The notes below the pieces were generated by a model, which worked only from the letters and a program-made list of their open reading frames with translations, was not told where the DNA came from and made no database searches. Positions 19,567 to 30,200 of a stretch of 64,000 nucleotides of DNA are shown piece after piece; positions within the stretch are counted from its first letter, which is position 1; each line of letters begins with the position of its first letter. The translations under genes and the position numbers were made by a program. The stretch is from the NCBI GenBank assembly GCA_030680605.1, contig JAUXUQ010000010.1:148826-212825 (forward strand), in the 5' to 3' direction. The DNA comes from Gammaproteobacteria bacterium (lineage in GTDB: Bacteria > Pseudomonadota > Gammaproteobacteria > SURF-13).

Positions 19567-20657
19567 TATAGCGCAGGGCTGATGACAAGTTCAGGCGCCG
19601 GTTCGATCTCAAAGCGGATGCGTTTTGCCAGCGCCGGGTCAATATGCACGGTGCCTTGGGCGTCGATCAGCATCACGTGTTTGACGCCCATGGCGTGTGC
19701 GATGCGCTGCCAGTCGTGTACGCCTGCGACCAGCAGTGCGGTGCTCGCGGCGTCTGCGGTGGTGGCGTCGTGCGCCAGCACGGTGACCGACAGTGTGCCT
19801 TGCGCGGGATAGCCGGTGCGCGGATCGAGCACATGGTGGTAGCGTTTGCCCGCGTACTCAAAATAACGTTCGTAGGTGCCGGAGGTAACGATGCTCTCAT
19901 CGCCTTGCAGTTCGATGGAGGCGAAGATGCCGCTGCCACGCGGGTTACGGATGCCAATGCGCCACGGGCGGTCACCGTGTTTGCCGATCACGCGAATATC
20001 GCCGCTGGCATTGACTATCGCATTCTCGACGCCCAGTGTGCGCAGGTGCGCGATGGCGACATCCACCGCATAACCCTGACCGATGGCGCCGACATCGAGT
20101 TGTACGGCTGGATTGGTGCTGTGCAATTGGTTGCCTTCTATCACCACAGCGTCCATGGTCGGGTGCTGTGTGAGCAGTGCGCTGATGACGGCAGGATCCG
20201 GCGGTGGACCTTTGGGTTCGTCGCTCTGAAATCCCCAGTACGCGAATAGCTGGCCGATGGCGGGATTGAACAGGTAATCACTGGCGCTGGACAGGGCGCG
20301 CGCCCGTTCAAGCAGCGGTATCATGTCGGGGTCAACGGAAAATGTCTGACCCGTGGCCAGTTGCGTGTTGATGCGGGTGAGTGGGCTGGGCAGCCACGCA
20401 TGCCAGGTGGTGTGGAAGTGGTTGAAGTCTGCCGTGATGGCATCGGCCGCCCGCCGGGCGGCGTCAGGCTCCAGGCCCCAGATGCTGATGTCTACCAGCG
20501 CACCCAGTGCCAGCAGTTGCTCCTGATACAAGGGCTCCGGCTTACTGCACGATACAGTGGTAAGCAGTGCGATGAGGCAGCAGAGTGGTGCGAATCGCGA
20601 GTGGCGAGTGGCGGGTGGAGAGGGTGCAATAAAAAGCCGGTTATGCACGATTTTCAT
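19566..20657 (-). CDS. apbE: FAD:protein FMN transferase ApbE, predicted lipoprotein
   Basis: ApbE-family motifs 'DVGAIGQGYAVD' and 'LIDAQGTVH', with lipobox 'LLTTVSC'. Start placed at ATG 20657 (MKIVHN...). The longer ORF from 20705 would overlap gshB by 65 nt. Confidence 0.8.
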   Translation of the reverse strand: MKIVHNRLFIAPSPPATRHSRFAPLCCLIALLTTVSCSKPEPLYQEQLLALGALVDISIWGLEPDAARRAADAITADFNHFHTTWHAWLPSPLTRINTQLATGQTFSVDPDMIPLLERARALSSASDYLFNPAIGQLFAYWGFQSDEPKGPPPDPAVISALLTQHPTMDAVVIEGNQLHSTNPAVQLDVGAIGQGYAVDVAIAHLRTLGVENAIVNASGDIRVIGKHGDRPWRIGIRNPRGSGIFASIELQGDESIVTSGTYERYFEYAGKRYHHVLDPRTGYPAQGTLSVTVLAHDATTADAASTALLVAGVHDWQRIAHAMGVKHVMLIDAQGTVHIDPALAKRIRFEIEPAPELVISPAL

Positions 20658-20690
20658 CGCTACTCGCCACTTGTTTTTCAACCACATCGA
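20586..20690 (-). repeat. Junction repeat element copy 2 (gshB/apbE), with inverted GTGGCGAG heptamers flanking ATGAAA
   Basis: On the minus strand the layout is caaGTGGCGAGTAGCg-ATGAAAATC-(41 nt)-CGCCACTCGCCACTCGC. The exact 17-mer CGCCACTCGCCACTCGC also occurs in copy 1. Confidence 0.7.
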
Positions 20691-21648
20691 GAAAAGTGTC
20701 TGCAATATTTAGTCCATACAACGCATCAAGTTCACGCACGCAGGTCGGGCTGGTGACATTGATCTCGGTGAGATAATCACCGATCACATCCAGGCCCGCG
20801 AACAGCAGTCCGCGCGTGCGCAACTCCGGCCCGACTTCGGCGCAGATCCAGCGGTCGCGGGCAGACAGCGGCACGCCTTCGCCGCGTCCGCCTGCGGCCA
20901 GATTGCCGCGGGTTTCGCCAGCAGCGGGAATACGGGCCAGTGCATAGGGCACGGGCTCGCCGTCAATCATCAGGATGCGCTTGTCGCCGGCGCTGATCTC
21001 GGGAATAAAGCGCTGAGCCATGATCAGGCTGGCGCCATTCTGCGTCAGGGTTTCGATCACGACATTAATGTTGGGGTCGCCGCTGCGCAGGCGGAATACC
21101 GACGCGCCGCCCATGCCGTGCAGGGGTTTGAAGATGGTGTCGCCGTGTTCGGTCACAAAGGCGCGCAGTGCCTGAGCGTTGCGCGTGACCAGCGTCGGTG
21201 GTGTGCACTGCGGAAACCAGGTGGCGAACAGCTTTTCATTGCAGTCGCGTAGCGCCTGGGGTTTGTTGATGACCTGTACTCCCGCTATTGCCGCACGTTC
21301 CAGCAGCTGGGTGGTATAGAGATACTCCATGTCAAAGGGCGGATCCTTGCGCAACAGGATGATATCAAGCGTATCGAGCGCAGTGAATTCCGCAGCGCCA
21401 AGCTCAAACCAGTGTTCGGCGTTGTCCTGCACGCTCAGTGTCCGTATCTGTGCAAACACGCGCCCGTCGCGCAGAAACAGGTCACCCTGCTCCATATAAT
21501 GCAACGACCAGTGGCGGCGCTGTGCCGCCAGCAGCATGGCGAAGGTAGTGTCTTTCTTGATGTTGATATCCGCGATGGGATCCATCACCACGCCAAGCTT
21601 GATGCGCGGGTGAGTAGCGAGTGGCGAGTGGCGAGAAAAATCTTTCAT
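20641..21648 (-). CDS. gshB: Glutathione synthetase
   Basis: 'RIKLGVVMDPIADINIKKDTTFAMLLAAQRR' matches the E. coli GshB N-terminus (MIKLGIVMDPIANINIKKDSS). An ATP-grasp C-terminal half is present. A 14-aa N-terminal extension is encoded by the repeat element. Confidence 0.9.
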   Translation of the reverse strand: MKDFSRHSPLATHPRIKLGVVMDPIADINIKKDTTFAMLLAAQRRHWSLHYMEQGDLFLRDGRVFAQIRTLSVQDNAEHWFELGAAEFTALDTLDIILLRKDPPFDMEYLYTTQLLERAAIAGVQVINKPQALRDCNEKLFATWFPQCTPPTLVTRNAQALRAFVTEHGDTIFKPLHGMGGASVFRLRSGDPNINVVIETLTQNGASLIMAQRFIPEISAGDKRILMIDGEPVPYALARIPAAGETRGNLAAGGRGEGVPLSARDRWICAEVGPELRTRGLLFAGLDVIGDYLTEINVTSPTCVRELDALYGLNIADTFLDVVEKQVASSDENRA

Positions 21649-21712
21649 AACCAGTCTTTGGGTGTCCCCTCGTTACTAGCCACTAGCCACTAGCTACTCG
21701 CCACTGCTTGCA
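21601..21712 (-). repeat. Junction repeat element copy 1 (gshA/gshB), with heptamer arrays
   Basis: On the minus strand the layout is GTGGCGAGTAGC + 3 further heptamers (TAGTGGC x2, TAGTAAC), then ATGAAAGAT, then CGCCACTCGCCACTCGC. It spans the gshA stop and the gshB start. Confidence 0.7.
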
Positions 21713-23027
21713 ATTCCCTCGCCGCAGCTACCAGTGCCAGGCGCGCGATCACGCCGTAGGCATAGAAACGGTTGGGGCTGGCGTCCGGTTCCTGCGTCTG
21801 GTCGGGTGAGGTACAGGACTCGGCAAAGGCGAGTGGCTCAAAGTGCATGCCGGGGGCGTTCAGATTTTCATCCGTCCCACGGTTTTTGTGCACACGGTAA
21901 AAGCCGCCCACGACATAATGGTTGATCATGTAGACTACCGGCTCGGCGACGGCCTCGTTACCGGCTTCACCCAGTGTCTCGAAGGTGTATACGCCCTCCT
22001 GCATGATGACCTTGCTCACGGCCTGGCCACCCTTGACCGCTGCCATGCGGGTGCGCTCCTTGCGGTTCAGTTCCCGCATCTCGCTACCGCTGTACACACT
22101 CATTACGCCCATGCCGTAGGTGCCGGCATCGGCCTTTACCACCACGAAGGGCTGCTTTTCGATGCCATATTCATCGTATTTACGCCGGATCGCACCAAGC
22201 AGGGCGTCGACATTGGTGGCGAGGCAGTCTTCGCCCTCGCGCTGCATGAAGTTGATTTCACCACAGCGGCGGAATAACGGATCAATCAGCCATGGATCGA
22301 TATCGATGAGACTGGAAAACTCTGCGACCACCTGTTTGTAGTGCTCGAAGTGGTCGGATTTGAGTCGGTTGGCCCAGCCGAGGGAGAGTGGCGGAAGCAC
22401 GGGTTGCGCCAGGCCTTCCAGCAGGGACGGTCGTCCGGCGGACAGATCATTATTGAGCAGCACCATGCAGGGGGTGAAGCCGTCTACGCTGATGCGTTCG
22501 TCATTGCGGCGTATGGGCTCCAGTTGCAGGCTGCGCTTCGAGGGTAGTATCACATCCAGCGGTTGTTCTAGGCCGGGCAGCAGCGAACCGATACGAACCG
22601 CAAATCCCGCTTTCCTGACAATGTCGCGCAAGGTGGCCAGGCTTTCGAGATAAAACAGGTTTCTGGTGTGATTCTCAGGGATAATCAGTATGTTGGCTGC
22701 GCGTGGGCAGGTGCGTTCGATGGCCGTTTGTACCGCGTGGATACACAGCGGCAGGAAGGCTGGGTTGAGGTTGTTGAAGCCGGCCGGAAACAGATTGGTG
22801 TCGACCGGTGCCAGCTTGAAGCCGCTGTTACGCAGGTCAACCGAGGCATAAAAGGGGGCGGGCGTTGTCAGCCATTGGTGACGTAGCCAGTGTTCAATCT
22901 GCACCTGCTGGGCCAGCAGGTGGCTCTCTATCAGTTGCAGCGGGCCATTGAGCGCCGTGGTGAGGTGGGGAACGGCATGCAGCGCTTCACTACGCATCAG
23001 ATAATCTCTAATGGGGTATTTCGCCAT
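21691..23027 (-). CDS. gshA: Glutamate--cysteine ligase, probably of the rare Acidithiobacillus ferrooxidans-type family
   Basis: About 445 aa from 'MAKYPIRDY'. It is not the E. coli-type GshA, and its position upstream of gshB suggests the function. The family assignment comes from memory of TIGR02049, not from a search. Confidence 0.5.
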
Positions 23028-23138
23028 CCCCGGGGTTGTCAGCTTCGATGCACGCCGGAGACGACAAGCATCATAACATGAGAGCTTTCCCGGGGTGGAG
23101 TCCCGTTGGTCAGGGCGGGAAAACGCCATGGAGCACAG

Positions 23139-23167
23139 TTGTGAAATCGAGGTTAATATCCTACCAT
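23139..23167 (+). promoter_or_regulatory. Candidate sigma-70 promoter for pilG (TTGTGA-17 nt-TACCAT)
   Basis: Read in the divergent gshA/pilG intergenic region, about 40 nt upstream of the pilG ATG. Confidence 0.35.
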
Positions 23168-23208
23168 GCCAAACATAGGGGATCCCATGCTGGGGCAAGA
23201 GCGACAGG

Positions 23209-23616
23209 ATGAGCGCTGACGCAGAAAAAGACGGCTTCAGTGGGTTGAGGGTGATGGTAATTGATGACAGCAAGACCATCCGGCGCACCGCCGAAACGCT
23301 GCTGAAAATGGCAGGCTGCGAGGTGGTCACGGCCACCGATGGTTTTGAGGCCCTGTCCAAGATTGCCGACCAGAAGCCCGAGATCATCTTCGTGGATATC
23401 ATGATGCCGCGTCTGGATGGCTACCAGACCTGTGCGCTTATCAAGCACAACAAGACCTACCGGCATACACCAGTAATCATGTTGTCGAGCCGCGACGGCT
23501 TGTTTGACAAGGCCCGCGGACGCATTGTGGGCTCGGCACAATACCTTACCAAGCCCTTCACCAAGGATGAGTTGCTCGGCGCGATCAAGCGCCATGTTAT
23601 CGACGCGCATTGCTGA
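23209..23616 (+). CDS. pilG: Twitching-motility CheY-like response regulator PilG
   Basis: Single REC domain ('VMVIDDSKTIRR', 'IFVDIMMPRLDG', 'YLTKPF'), first gene of the pilGHIJ-chpABC cluster. Confidence 0.88.
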   Translation: MSADAEKDGFSGLRVMVIDDSKTIRRTAETLLKMAGCEVVTATDGFEALSKIADQKPEIIFVDIMMPRLDGYQTCALIKHNKTYRHTPVIMLSSRDGLFDKARGRIVGSAQYLTKPFTKDELLGAIKRHVIDAHC

Positions 23617-23699
23617 GTACGGTAGACGTCATTGCTAGCGGCCTGCGGCACCCTGCCACAGCGTGCTGTTGTTATTCGCATTAGAATTGTTAGAGGAAC

Positions 23700-24074
23700 A
23701 TGCCACCCATGGCCCGCATATTGATAGTGGACGATTCCCCCACTGATACCCATGTGTTGCAAACCATGCTGGAGCGCAACGGTTACCAGACCCTTGCCGT
23801 GACGACGGGTGAGGCAAGCGTCGCCAGGGCGCGGGAGGAAAGGCCTGACCTTATCCTGATGGATATTGTGATGCCGGGAATAAGTGGCTTCCAGGCTACC
23901 CGACAGATTGCCAAGATACCGGAAACGGCCTCCATTCCTATCATTATTGTGACCACCAAGGATCAGGAAACGGATCGTGTCTGGGGGCTGCGTCAAGGCG
24001 CGCGTGATTACATTACCAAACCGGTAGCAGAGACTGACCTGATCAACAAGATCAAGGCGGCACTGGGGAGCTGA
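23700..24074 (+). CDS. pilH: Twitching-motility CheY-like response regulator PilH
   Basis: Single REC domain ('ILIVDDSPTD', 'ILMDIVMPGISG', 'YITKP'). Confidence 0.88.
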   Translation: MPPMARILIVDDSPTDTHVLQTMLERNGYQTLAVTTGEASVARAREERPDLILMDIVMPGISGFQATRQIAKIPETASIPIIIVTTKDQETDRVWGLRQGARDYITKPVAETDLINKIKAALGS

Positions 24075-24085
24075 TCGACCGGGCC

Positions 24086-24634
24086 ATGGAACACCGCCCC
24101 CGTCTTCAGCCGTTGCTGCTGCTGCGCGATATGGAAGCGCGCGGGCGTCTGCGTGCAAGAGATCTGCCGCACAAGCTAGACGTGAAGCGGGCCTGGACCG
24201 GAATCGGTTTTCGGTTGGGCGAGATGGACTTGGTGGCGCCATTATCCGAGGTGCACGAAATGATGCCATACCCGGTCCTGACGGTAGTGCCGGGAGCCAA
24301 GCCCTGGGTTAAGGGTATAGCCAATGTGCGCGGCAATCTGCTGCCAGTTGTAAGTTTGGCGGGCTATCTGGCAGACCAGGGTGGCGCGCAAATCGCGCGC
24401 CGTACACGTGTGCTGGTAGTGCGTGATGGTGATATCTACGTTGGCCTGGTTGTTGATTCGGTCTACGGGCTGCAGCATTTTTGTGAAGAAGAACGCTGTG
24501 CAGAAGAGTCTCGGGTGGAGGCGTCGATCCAGCCGTACCTGCAAGGCGCTTTTCTGCAGGCGGGGCGATACTGGCGTGTGTTCAGCCTGCATCGGCTGAC
24601 ACACAGTCCTCAGTTTCTGCAGGTGGCAGTGTAA
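24086..24634 (+). CDS. pilI: CheW-like coupling protein PilI
   Basis: 182-aa CheW domain between pilH and the MCP gene. Confidence 0.8.
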   Translation: MEHRPRLQPLLLLRDMEARGRLRARDLPHKLDVKRAWTGIGFRLGEMDLVAPLSEVHEMMPYPVLTVVPGAKPWVKGIANVRGNLLPVVSLAGYLADQGGAQIARRTRVLVVRDGDIYVGLVVDSVYGLQHFCEEERCAEESRVEASIQPYLQGAFLQAGRYWRVFSLHRLTHSPQFLQVAV

Positions 24635-24687
24635 CGACTGGAGGGCGACAGGTCGACCGTGCCATCGGTACGGTATCTTTAAAAAGT

Positions 24688-26751
24688 GTGAACAGGGAGT
24701 CTGTTATGCAAGTGAAATCTAAAGCCGCCGGGCAGGTTCGCGGCCTCGATCTGGGATTGGGATACCTGATTGCTCTGCTGGTGACGCTCATCGTTCTGCT
24801 GGCGCTCGTTTTTGGGTACCTGGGTCGTCAGGCGGCGCATGACAAGCAATATCTCACGGATGCGAGTGAGTTGCGCCTGCTTGCAGAAACAACGGCCAAG
24901 GATGCCGTAGCGGCGGTGACTGTCAATGCCCGGCCTGAGGTGTTCAAAAGTCTGACCAATGCACGCGATCAGGCCGGGAAGATATTAAACCGCCTCCGGC
25001 TGGGTGATGCCGCAACTGGTTTGCCGTCCTCGCCCGCAACGGTTAACGCATCCCTGTCCAAGGTGGTTGAGCAATGGAAGGATGTGCGCCGCAATATCGA
25101 TACCATTCTCTTGAACCAGGCTCTGCTTGAGTCTGCGGCCGCATTCGTGGCAACGACCAATGAGGTGGTGCCTCAGCTTGTCACGGCCTCGGAGCTCCTG
25201 ATACAAACCATGAAGGAGCGAGGTGTGGGCGCGGAAGACCTGTTGGCAGCCAGTGGTCAGGTGCTATTGATTGAGCGCATCAGTTCCAGCGTAAACCGCG
25301 TATTTCAAGGTGCACAAACTTCACAGGAAGCAGCGCAGGCTGCGGATATTTTCCGTCGCTCGGTGTCATTGTTTTCAACAACCCTGGAAGCAATGCGGAG
25401 TGGCAATCCGGCTATGAGGATCAGCGCGATCCCGGATTCCGAGATTCAGAAACAGCTGCGGGAAATATCACACATGCTGAGCGCCATACTTGATCTTGAC
25501 CTGCTGATCCTGGAAAAATTTCCGGACATATTCAAGACCCAGGATGCTGCTACATCTATTAGTCGGGTCAGCCACACACTGTTCGAGGACGGCAAGCAAC
25601 TGGTGGGTGCCTATGCCGGCTTGGAGGGGCAGCGTCTGATATTGCCATGGTACGGTTACGTACTGGGTGCGCTTGCCTTGATTACCCTGATTGTGCTCGG
25701 TTACAAGCTGCAGCGCGATGCCCTCCAGCGGTTGGAGGCGAGTACCGAGCAGAACCGCCGCAACCAGGCGGCAATTCGCAGCCTGCTGGATGAAATGGGT
25801 GGGCTCGCGGAAGGTGATCTTACCGCCCGCGCGACTGTGACGGAGGCGTTCACTGGCGCGATTGCCGATGCCGTCAACTATGCCATCGACGCCCTGCGCA
25901 GTTTGGTGACAGTCATCAACGAGACCACGGCACAGGTGTCGGTAGCCGTCCAGGAATCGCAGGCTACGGCGATCCAGCTCGCCGAGGCGAGCGATAACCA
26001 GGCGCAGCAGATTACGGAGGCGAGTAACGCGGCGAATGAGATGGCGGCGTCCATTGAGCGGGTGTCTGCCAATGCTGCGGAGTCATCAGAGGTGGCGCTG
26101 CGTTCGGTGGCGATCGCAGACAAGGGTGTGAATATGGTGCAGAGCACTATTCAGGGTATGGATGCAATCCGTGAACAGATACAGGAGACATCAAAGCGCA
26201 TCAAGCGTCTGGGCGAAAGCTCACAGGAGATTGGTGACATCGTTGAACTGATTAATGATATTGCCGACCAGACCAATATTCTGGCGCTCAACGCCGCTAT
26301 CCAGGCCGCCATGGCCGGTGAAGCTGGCCGCGGTTTTGCGGTAGTGGCGGACGAAGTGCAGCGCCTCGCGGAACGCTCTGGTAGCGCGACCAAACAGATT
26401 GAGGCCCTGGTGAGGACGATCCAAGCCGATACCAATGAAGCAATTGCCTCCATGGAAACAAGTACTGCCGGTGTGGTGAACGGAGCGCGACTGGCGCAAG
26501 ATGCAGGCGAGGCGCTGAAGGAAATAGAGCGCGTATCGGTACACCTGGCGGAGCTGGTGCAGAATATTTCGCACGCCGCGCGTCAGCAGTCATCTGCGTC
26601 GGCCAGTATTTCAGATACCATGAGTTCCATCCGCGAAATTGCTGCCCAAACCTCGGTGGGCTCGAATGAAACTGCGGCCTCGATCGGCAGTCTCGCTGGT
26701 CTGGCGAATGATCTACGCACCTCGGTTGCGGGCTTCAAGTTACCGGGTTGA
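24688..26751 (+). CDS. pilJ: Methyl-accepting chemotaxis protein PilJ
   Basis: N-terminal TM helix, periplasmic domain, second TM helix, HAMP domain, and the MCP signalling domain with the highly conserved '[39 protein letters not shown]'. Confidence 0.9.
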   Translation: MNRESVMQVKSKAAGQVRGLDLGLGYLIALLVTLIVLLALVFGYLGRQAAHDKQYLTDASELRLLAETTAKDAVAAVTVNARPEVFKSLTNARDQAGKILNRLRLGDAATGLPSSPATVNASLSKVVEQWKDVRRNIDTILLNQALLESAAAFVATTNEVVPQLVTASELLIQTMKERGVGAEDLLAASGQVLLIERISSSVNRVFQGAQTSQEAAQAADIFRRSVSLFSTTLEAMRSGNPAMRISAIPDSEIQKQLREISHMLSAILDLDLLILEKFPDIFKTQDAATSISRVSHTLFEDGKQLVGAYAGLEGQRLILPWYGYVLGALALITLIVLGYKLQRDALQRLEASTEQNRRNQAAIRSLLDEMGGLAEGDLTARATVTEAFTGAIADAVNYAIDALRSLVTVINETTAQVSVAVQESQATAIQLAEASDNQAQQITEASNAANEMAASIERVSANAAESSEVALRSVAIADKGVNMVQSTIQGMDAIREQIQETSKRIKRLGESSQEIGDIVELINDIADQTNILALNAAIQAAMAGEAGRGFAVVADEVQRLAERSGSATKQIEALVRTIQADTNEAIASMETSTAGVVNGARLAQDAGEALKEIERVSVHLAELVQNISHAARQQSSASASISDTMSSIREIAAQTSVGSNETAASIGSLAGLANDLRTSVAGFKLPG

Positions 26752-26757
26752 GGGCGG

Positions 26758-27237
26758 ATGCTCTCCGGGTACATGAAGAATACGGCACACTGTCGGTTGG
26801 CTGGTGTGTCAGGCATGGGTGATGCAGAGTTCGCGCAGCGGATCAGGCTGCTGCTGGAGGTTCGTACCTATATCCGTCCTGCAATGCCCGGGGCAGCAGG
26901 TTGGGGGGCATTTCACAGGCATAAACGGGGTGTGCGTGAGCCTGCCTCGCTGAGGCGCTATTTTATCCAGGTGGTGGATGATCACTGCCAGATAGGTGAG
27001 TGTCTGGGTAATCGCATGCGTATCGAGTGTGCCAATTCCCTGAAACCAGTTTTATCCACCCTTGCCGGAATCGGCGCTATTTTTTGTCAGAATGTACTTG
27101 TCTATTTCAGTCAGCAGCAGCGCGCAGATATCCTCGGCAGGGTGCCAAATCCGGCAGAGAGCATGCCATGGCCTCATCCGGATATGAGGCGTGTGTCTTG
27201 CGAAGCCAGTTTGGCGTATTACCGTCCCGTCTCATGA
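26758..27237 (+). pseudogene. Possible remnant of the cheR-like methyltransferase gene pilK. The ORF has no methyltransferase domain.
   Basis: This is the position pilK holds in Pseudomonas. Only a 159-codon ORF is present, with faint CheR-N-like 'EFAQRIRLLLEVRTYI' and no SAM-binding motifs. Confidence 0.25.
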
Positions 27238-30200
27238 AGGTGGCGAGGTTGGCAGATTACAGTGCGCTCAACTGGGTCAAGCCAGAGATCGACGAGACCT
27301 TGAGGCAGGCACGCCATACCCTGGAGGCCTATGTAGCCGATCCGAAGGATGTGATGCAGATGCGCTTTTGTATTGCGCATCTGCATCAGGTGCACGGCAC
27401 ACTGAAGATGATTGAGTTCTATGGTGCGGTGCTGTTGGCGGAAGAGATGGAGCTTCTCGCGCGCTGGCTGGTGGAAGCCGAAACCAGGCAGACAGATGAT
27501 GTCAGAGAAGTGGCTTATGAAATATTGATGCGAGCCATCTTGCATCTGCCTAATTATCTGGAGCGCCTGCAGAAGGGTCACGTCGATAGCCCGATTGTCA
27601 TATTGCCTCTGCTTAATGAGCTGCGCGCTGTGCGGGATCTTCCGTTGTTGTCTGAAAGCATGCTGTTTATGCCGGATCCCTCAGTGGTGCCAGCGCCTGC
27701 AGCCTCTTCACCCGAACGTGCTGGTGAACCTACGGCAAGGAGGGATGCGCGCGAGCTTGCATTCAAGCTGCGGCCCATCTACCAGCATACATTACTGAAC
27801 TGGTATCGGGGCCGCTATGCGGTGGAAAGCCTGCATCAGCTTGCCGTTATCGTCGATGAGTTGCAGCAGGCTGCAAGCACAGACAGGGTGGCCCAGGTCT
27901 GGTGGGTGGCCGGTGCTTTCATTGAAACGCTTGTCGATGCCGACAATGATGCAGGGGGGGCGGCCAAACAGTTGCTGGGCCAGATTGATCGCGAAATAAA
28001 GCGACTGATAGATGCTGGTGAGCAGGAGTTTTCCGCAAAACCTCCCACGGAGCTGCTCAAGAGTCTACTTTATTATATCGGGAGAACACAATCTGCGCGC
28101 GCGCGTGTCAATGAGGTTCGACAGGCCTTTCGCCTTGATGTGCTATTGCCGTGTGCTCAGACAATTGATGCTGAGCGCGCGTATCTCACGGGCCCGAATC
28201 GGGAACTGATGAGATCTGTATTCACGGTATTGCATGAAGATATCTCCAAGGTAAAGGAAGGAGTCGACATATTTGTACGCAATGAAACGCAGGAATTGTC
28301 CGCGCTTTTACCGCTGGAGGAAATCCTGCGCAGGGTGGCTGATACACTCGGTATGTTGAATCTCGGTGCGCCACGCCAGTTGATACTGGAGCAGATGAAT
28401 GTCGTTGCCGCCATTGCGCGCGGTGTTGTGCCGCCCGGTGAGGTTGCGTTACTGGAGATGGCGGGTGCCTTACTGCAGGCTGAGTCTGCGCTGACGGAGT
28501 CGGATATCGTCAAGGCTATGGCAGATGAGGCGTCGGTGGCAGATGGTATCGCAGAGGATGCCGGTTGCTTGCCGAACGCGGAATACCGCGAGATGCAGGA
28601 TGCTGTGATACGTGAGGCGCAGGTGGACATCTCCCGTATTAAAGACAGTCTGGCGGCATTTTTTGGCATGCCCCGGCAGCGAGATCTGCTTGCAGACATA
28701 CCCAGGCTGCTGCTGCAGGTCGGCGGTGGTCTGTCCATGCTGTCACTCACGCGCGCCGTTGAAGTGCTGCAGGTGTGCCACGATTTTATCGCACTGGAAC
28801 TGATCGGATGTGAGGCTGTGCCCAAGCCGCAGCAGCTGGATGCGCTGACCGAGGCCATCAGCGCCTTGGAGTATTATCTTGAGGCGCTGGGTGAAGGCCG
28901 CGCTGAACGAGAAATCATTATCGAGCAGGCATTGGGTTGTGCGCGGCGGCTTGTCCAGCCAGAGATGGCCGGCGAGGATGCGGCGGTGTCTGGGGGTCGG
29001 CAGTTGCAGCAGGGCGTGACGGAGTCTGTATTCCTTTCCGCGCCAGCCAGGCCGTTGCGCATGGAAGAAATCGATGACGAGATCATGGCGGTGTTTCTGG
29101 AAGAGGCCGATGAGGAGGTTGCCTCCATCAGGAGCCAGGTGCAGATATGGAAGGACGATCATGAAGGCCAGGATGCGCTGCATACATTGCGGCGCTCGTT
29201 TCACACCTTGAAGGGCAGTGGGCGGCTGGTGGGCGCATCAGAGTTGGGTGCGTTCGCCTGGTCGTTCGAGAATCTGCTCAACCGCGTCATAGACAACACT
29301 GTAGCTGCCACGCCGGGGCTGATCACCCTTGTAGAGGAAGCAGCAAGCCAGCTACCCGGGCTGGTGGAGGAGTTCAAGGGAAATGCAGCATCACTGGGAG
29401 ATATTCCGGGCTTGGTGGAGCGCGCACGTGTACTAAGCCAGCCGAATCAGGCGGCCACAATGAACACAGTCATGCCTGCCGCACAGCAAGTTGCCGCAGC
29501 GGGATCGGTTGTCACTGTGTCGCGGCCGGCAACGTACATAGAACCCGTGATGGATCCCGTATTGCTTGAGATATACAGCAGGGAAACCACTGCACATCTT
29601 GCGGCTCTGCGGGCATTTATCTCGCGCTGCGAAACCGATGCCGCATGCAAGGTGGACGAAGACCTGGTGCGCAGGTTTCATACACTGCATGGTAGCGCGG
29701 CTATGGCCCGCGTGTCTGACATCGCTGCTCTCTGCGATGTAATGGAAGAATATGTCAAGGTACTGCGTGATACGGACACTGCGTTCAGTGGCGAGGCTCT
29801 GGACGCGCTGAACAGGGTGTGCGATGCAATTCAGGCCAGAGTTTATGCATTACAGTCCCCCGGTAATATGCAGCCCGATAGTAATGCCCTGCGGATGCAC
29901 ATTACCGATCTTTTCGTCAGGGCGCGGCAGCAACATGGCCTGCAGGCTGGTTTTGCTGCCCCTGTCGTACCGGTCCCGGAACACGTAGAGCGCGATAGCG
30001 ATATGGCGGCAGTGTTCATGGATGAGGCAAAGGAGGCCCTGGATGCCAGTGATGCTGTTCTGCAGCAATGGATAAAGCAGCCGGTTGACCGCAAACTTCT
30101 GGAGGAGCTGCGGCGCGAGCTCCATACCCTCAAGGGGGGCGCGCGTATGGCGGATGTTACCGAGATGAGTGATCTGAGTCACAGTCTCGAGTCTCTGCTT

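Noticed and set aside
27235-27255. GTGGCGAGG at the chpA start (ATGAAGGTGGCGAGG) resembling the junction-repeat arm
   Set aside because: A single 8-mer with no partner inverted arm or CGCCACTCGCC 17-mer nearby. It simply encodes K-V-A-R and is likely coincidence.
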